This document shows positions 14,824-17,402 of a DNA stretch of 17,402 nt, piece by piece; position 1 is the first letter of the stretch, and each line of letters begins with the position of its first letter. A program made the translations under genes and the position numbers. The stretch lies in the IMG/VR virus record IMGVR_UViG_2617270979_000005, positions 1 through 17,402 of that record, one strand, 5' to 3'. A model generated the notes under the pieces. The model made no database searches and was not told the DNA's origin. It worked only from the letters and a program-made list of their open reading frames with translations. This stretch comes from a virus (lineage: Duplodnaviria > Heunggongvirae > Uroviricota > Caudoviricetes).

Positions 14824-15012
14824 ATGGAAACGTTATTACCAAACGTTAATACGTCTGAAGGTTGTTTTGATATTGGTGTTCTGCTCAGTAACCGGGAGTT
14901 TACGGAAGATGCCATTAAGATGAGAAAATATGAACCTTATCTTCTCAATGATAATTCCATACTTTCCAGAATTGCCCTTCTTGAACTTGGTATTATCGGA
15001 GAACAGCAGTGA
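14824..15012 (+). CDS. dicB: DicB cell-division inhibitor homolog
   Basis: 62-aa ORF 'METLLPNVNTSEGCFDIGV…'; N-terminus matches remembered DicB (MKTLLPNVNTSEGCFEIGV…), C-terminus diverges; GAGGA RBS. Confidence 0.8.
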   Translation: METLLPNVNTSEGCFDIGVLLSNREFTEDAIKMRKYEPYLLNDNSILSRIALLELGIIGEQQ

Positions 15013-15197
15013 CTTCAGCATTTGCACTGGTGATGACCGTTTTTCTTATAACGGGTGAGCCACAAAATGTGATTACCGGAATTTATGACAGTAAGTCATC
15101 CTGCATTCAGGTAAGGGACGAACAAAAAATCCCCGGTGAATGCCTCCCGTTAAAAAAAGTATCGCTGAACCTGAATAACGAAATACCGGCTGGATAA
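15009..15197 (+). CDS. ydfD: YdfD-like small protein
   Basis: 62-aa ORF with GTG start overlapping the dicB stop; 'MTSAFALVMTVFLITGEPQNV…'; position matches ydfD. Confidence 0.7.
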   Translation: MTSAFALVMTVFLITGEPQNVITGIYDSKSSCIQVRDEQKIPGECLPLKKVSLNLNNEIPAG

Positions 15198-15291
15198 CCC
15201 GCCAGCCATATTAACGCCATACCAACGGATTAAAAATGCCACAATGGCAGGGATTCGTTCACCCTGAAATCTGTAATGAGGTTAAAACAAA

Positions 15292-17402
15292 ATGAGTAAA
15301 GTCTTTATTTGCGCCGCCATTCCGGACGAACAGGCAATAAAGGAAGAAGGTGCGTCGCTGTAGCCACTGCCATTGAAGCCGGTGATGAACGTCGCGCCCG
15401 CGCAAAATTTCACTGGCAATTCCTGGAACATTATCCGGCTGCTCAGGACTGCGCTTATAAATTTCTTGTCTGCGAGGATAAACCCGGTATACCCCGCCCT
15501 GCCCTCGATTCCTGGGATGCTGAATATATGCAGGAAAACCGCTGGGATGAGGAGTCTGCTTCCTTTGTCCCGGTTGAGACTGAATCAGATCCGATGAACG
15601 TCACTTTTGACAAGCTGGCCCCTGAAGTACAGAACGCTGTCATGGTTAAGTTCGACACATGTGAAAACATCACCGTTGATATGGTGATTAGCGCACAGGA
15701 ATTGTTGCAGGAAGACATGGCAACATTCGACGGCCATATCGTTGAAGCGTTGATGAAAATGCCAGAAGTTAACGCTATGTATCCGGAGCTTAAGCTGCAT
15801 GCCATCGGGTGGGTTAAGCATAAATGTAAGCCTGGTGCCAAATGGCCCGAAATTCAGGCAGAGATGCGCATCTGGAAAAAACGTCGCGAAGGTGAACGCA
15901 AGGAAACCGGAAAATACACGTCTGTTGTTGATCTCGCCCGCGCCAGAGCCAATCAACAGAACACTGAAAATTCAACAGGAAAAATCAGCCCGGTCATTGC
16001 TGCCATTCATCGCGAATACAAGCAGACATGGAAAACACTGGATGACGAACTGGCCTACGCTCTCTGGCCTGGTGATGTGGATGCCGGAAACATTGACGGC
16101 AGCATCCATCGCTGGGCAAAAAATGAAGTTATCGACAACGACCGCGAAGACTGGAAGCGTATCTCGGCATCAATGCGCAAACAGCCTGATGCCCTTCGCT
16201 ACGACCGCCAGACTATTTTTGGCCTTGTCCGTGAACGTCCGATCGACATTCACAAAGACCCTGTGGCACTGAACAAATACATTACTGAATACCTGACTAC
16301 AAAGGGCGTGTTTGAAGATGAAGGAAGAAATCAGAGCGCAACTGATACTCTCTCGTCGCCAGTACCAGAAACTGATGCAGTGGAAACGGCAATTCCGGAC
16401 AACGAAAAAACCGAATGCAAAGTGGAAGTCGAACCATCTGTAGAGCGTGAGGGGCCGTTCTACTTCCTCTTCACCGACAAGGATGGCGAAAAATACGGTC
16501 GCGCAAACAAACTTTCTGGTCTGGAAAAAGCACTGGCCTTGGGAGCTACGGAAATCACAAAAGAGGAATACTTCGCACGTAAAAACGGCACGTACTCAGG
16601 TTCACAACAAAATACTGGTGCATCTGACACGACCGCACAACCAGAGCCGGTAAAAGTTACAGCTGACGAAGTAAACAAAATTATGCAGGCAGCCAATATC
16701 AGCCAGCCTGACGCCGATAAGTTGCTTGCTGCCTCTCGCGGAGAATTTGTTGCAGGGATTAGCGACCAGAATGATCCGAAATGGGTTAAGGGGATCCAGA
16801 CCCGCGATTCTGTAAACCAGAACCAGCATGAATCGGAACGGAACTACCAAAAAGCGGAACAAAACAGCCCAAATGCGTTACAAAACGAGCCAGAAACGAA
16901 ACAGCCTGAACCAGTGGCGCAACAGGAAGTGGAAAAAGTCTGCACCGCCTGCGGTCAAAGCGGTGGCGGCAACTGCCCTGATTGTGGCGCGGTGATGGGT
17001 GACGCAACATACCAGGAAACATTCGATGAAGAGAATCAGGTTGAAGTTCAGGAAAATGATCCGAAGGAAATGGAAGGCGCTGAACATCCACACAAGGAGA
17101 ATGCTGGTAGCGCTCAGGATCACGCCAGCGATAGTGAAACTGGCGAGACGGCAGATCCCTTAATTACGATGAACGGTCATCACGTTATCACATCCACCAG
17201 CAGGACGTGTGACCATCTAATGATCGACCTTGAAACCATGGGAAAAAATCCTGATGCCCCGATTATCTCAATAGGTGCAATATTTTTCGATCCGCAAACC
17301 GGAGATATGGGACCGGAATTTAGTAAGACTATCGATCTGGAAACTGCTGGCGGGGTCATTGATCGGGACACCATTAAATGGTGGCTTAAGCAATCACGCG
17401 AA
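15292..17402 (+). pseudogene. RecE/exonuclease VIII-like gene (YdfE-like N-terminus), 3'-truncated by the window, with an apparent frameshift near codon 20
   Basis: ATG 15292 (GAGG RBS) opens a 23-codon frame ending at TAG 15361-15363; the adjacent frame (positions divisible by 3) is open from 15300 to the window end (hand-translated, about 700 codons, no stop). That frame contains a CxxC-x9-CxxC zinc ribbon (16941-16985) and ends in a DnaQ-like motif 'MIDLETMGKNPDAPIISIGAIFFD'. A single-base indel in 15300-15360 would fuse the frames. Confidence 0.6.

Noticed and set aside
15373-16272. Track ORFs 15373-15597 and 15799-16272 (plus strand) and several minus-strand ORFs through 17374
   Set aside because: These are out-of-frame or antisense to the long open RecE-like frame, which the track omits because it has no stop inside the window.

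Overview
This window is a mosaic lambdoid (Rac/Qin-like) prophage segment of an enterobacterial genome, read largely on the minus strand, bounded on the left by an IS1 copy. All family assignments are from reading the translations and from memory of family motifs; no database search was run. Left to right: IS1 (insA/insB), two phage tRNAs (Arg-UCU, Ile-CAU), an orphan N6-adenine DNA methyltransferase, a Q-type antiterminator with downstream terminators, RusA, a DUF968 protein, then an AT-rich cargo block (candidate Type II restriction enzyme + C5-cytosine methyltransferase + QueH-like gene) ending in its own terminator. Further right are two nin-region hypotheticals, lambda-P-like and O-like replication genes with two iteron arrays inside the O-like gene, and a Rac-type immunity switch (YdaT-like, YdaS/Cro-like, divergent XRE repressor with palindromic operators). 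Downstream of the repressor sit a ParD/ParE-like toxin-antitoxin pair, ydfA/B/C-like genes, an unassigned 124-aa ORF, the DicF sRNA, dicB, ydfD and a frameshifted RecE-like gene running off the window. The most interesting candidates are the QueH-plus-R-M cargo block and the toxin-antitoxin pair in the rexAB-equivalent slot; neither is proven to be a new system.
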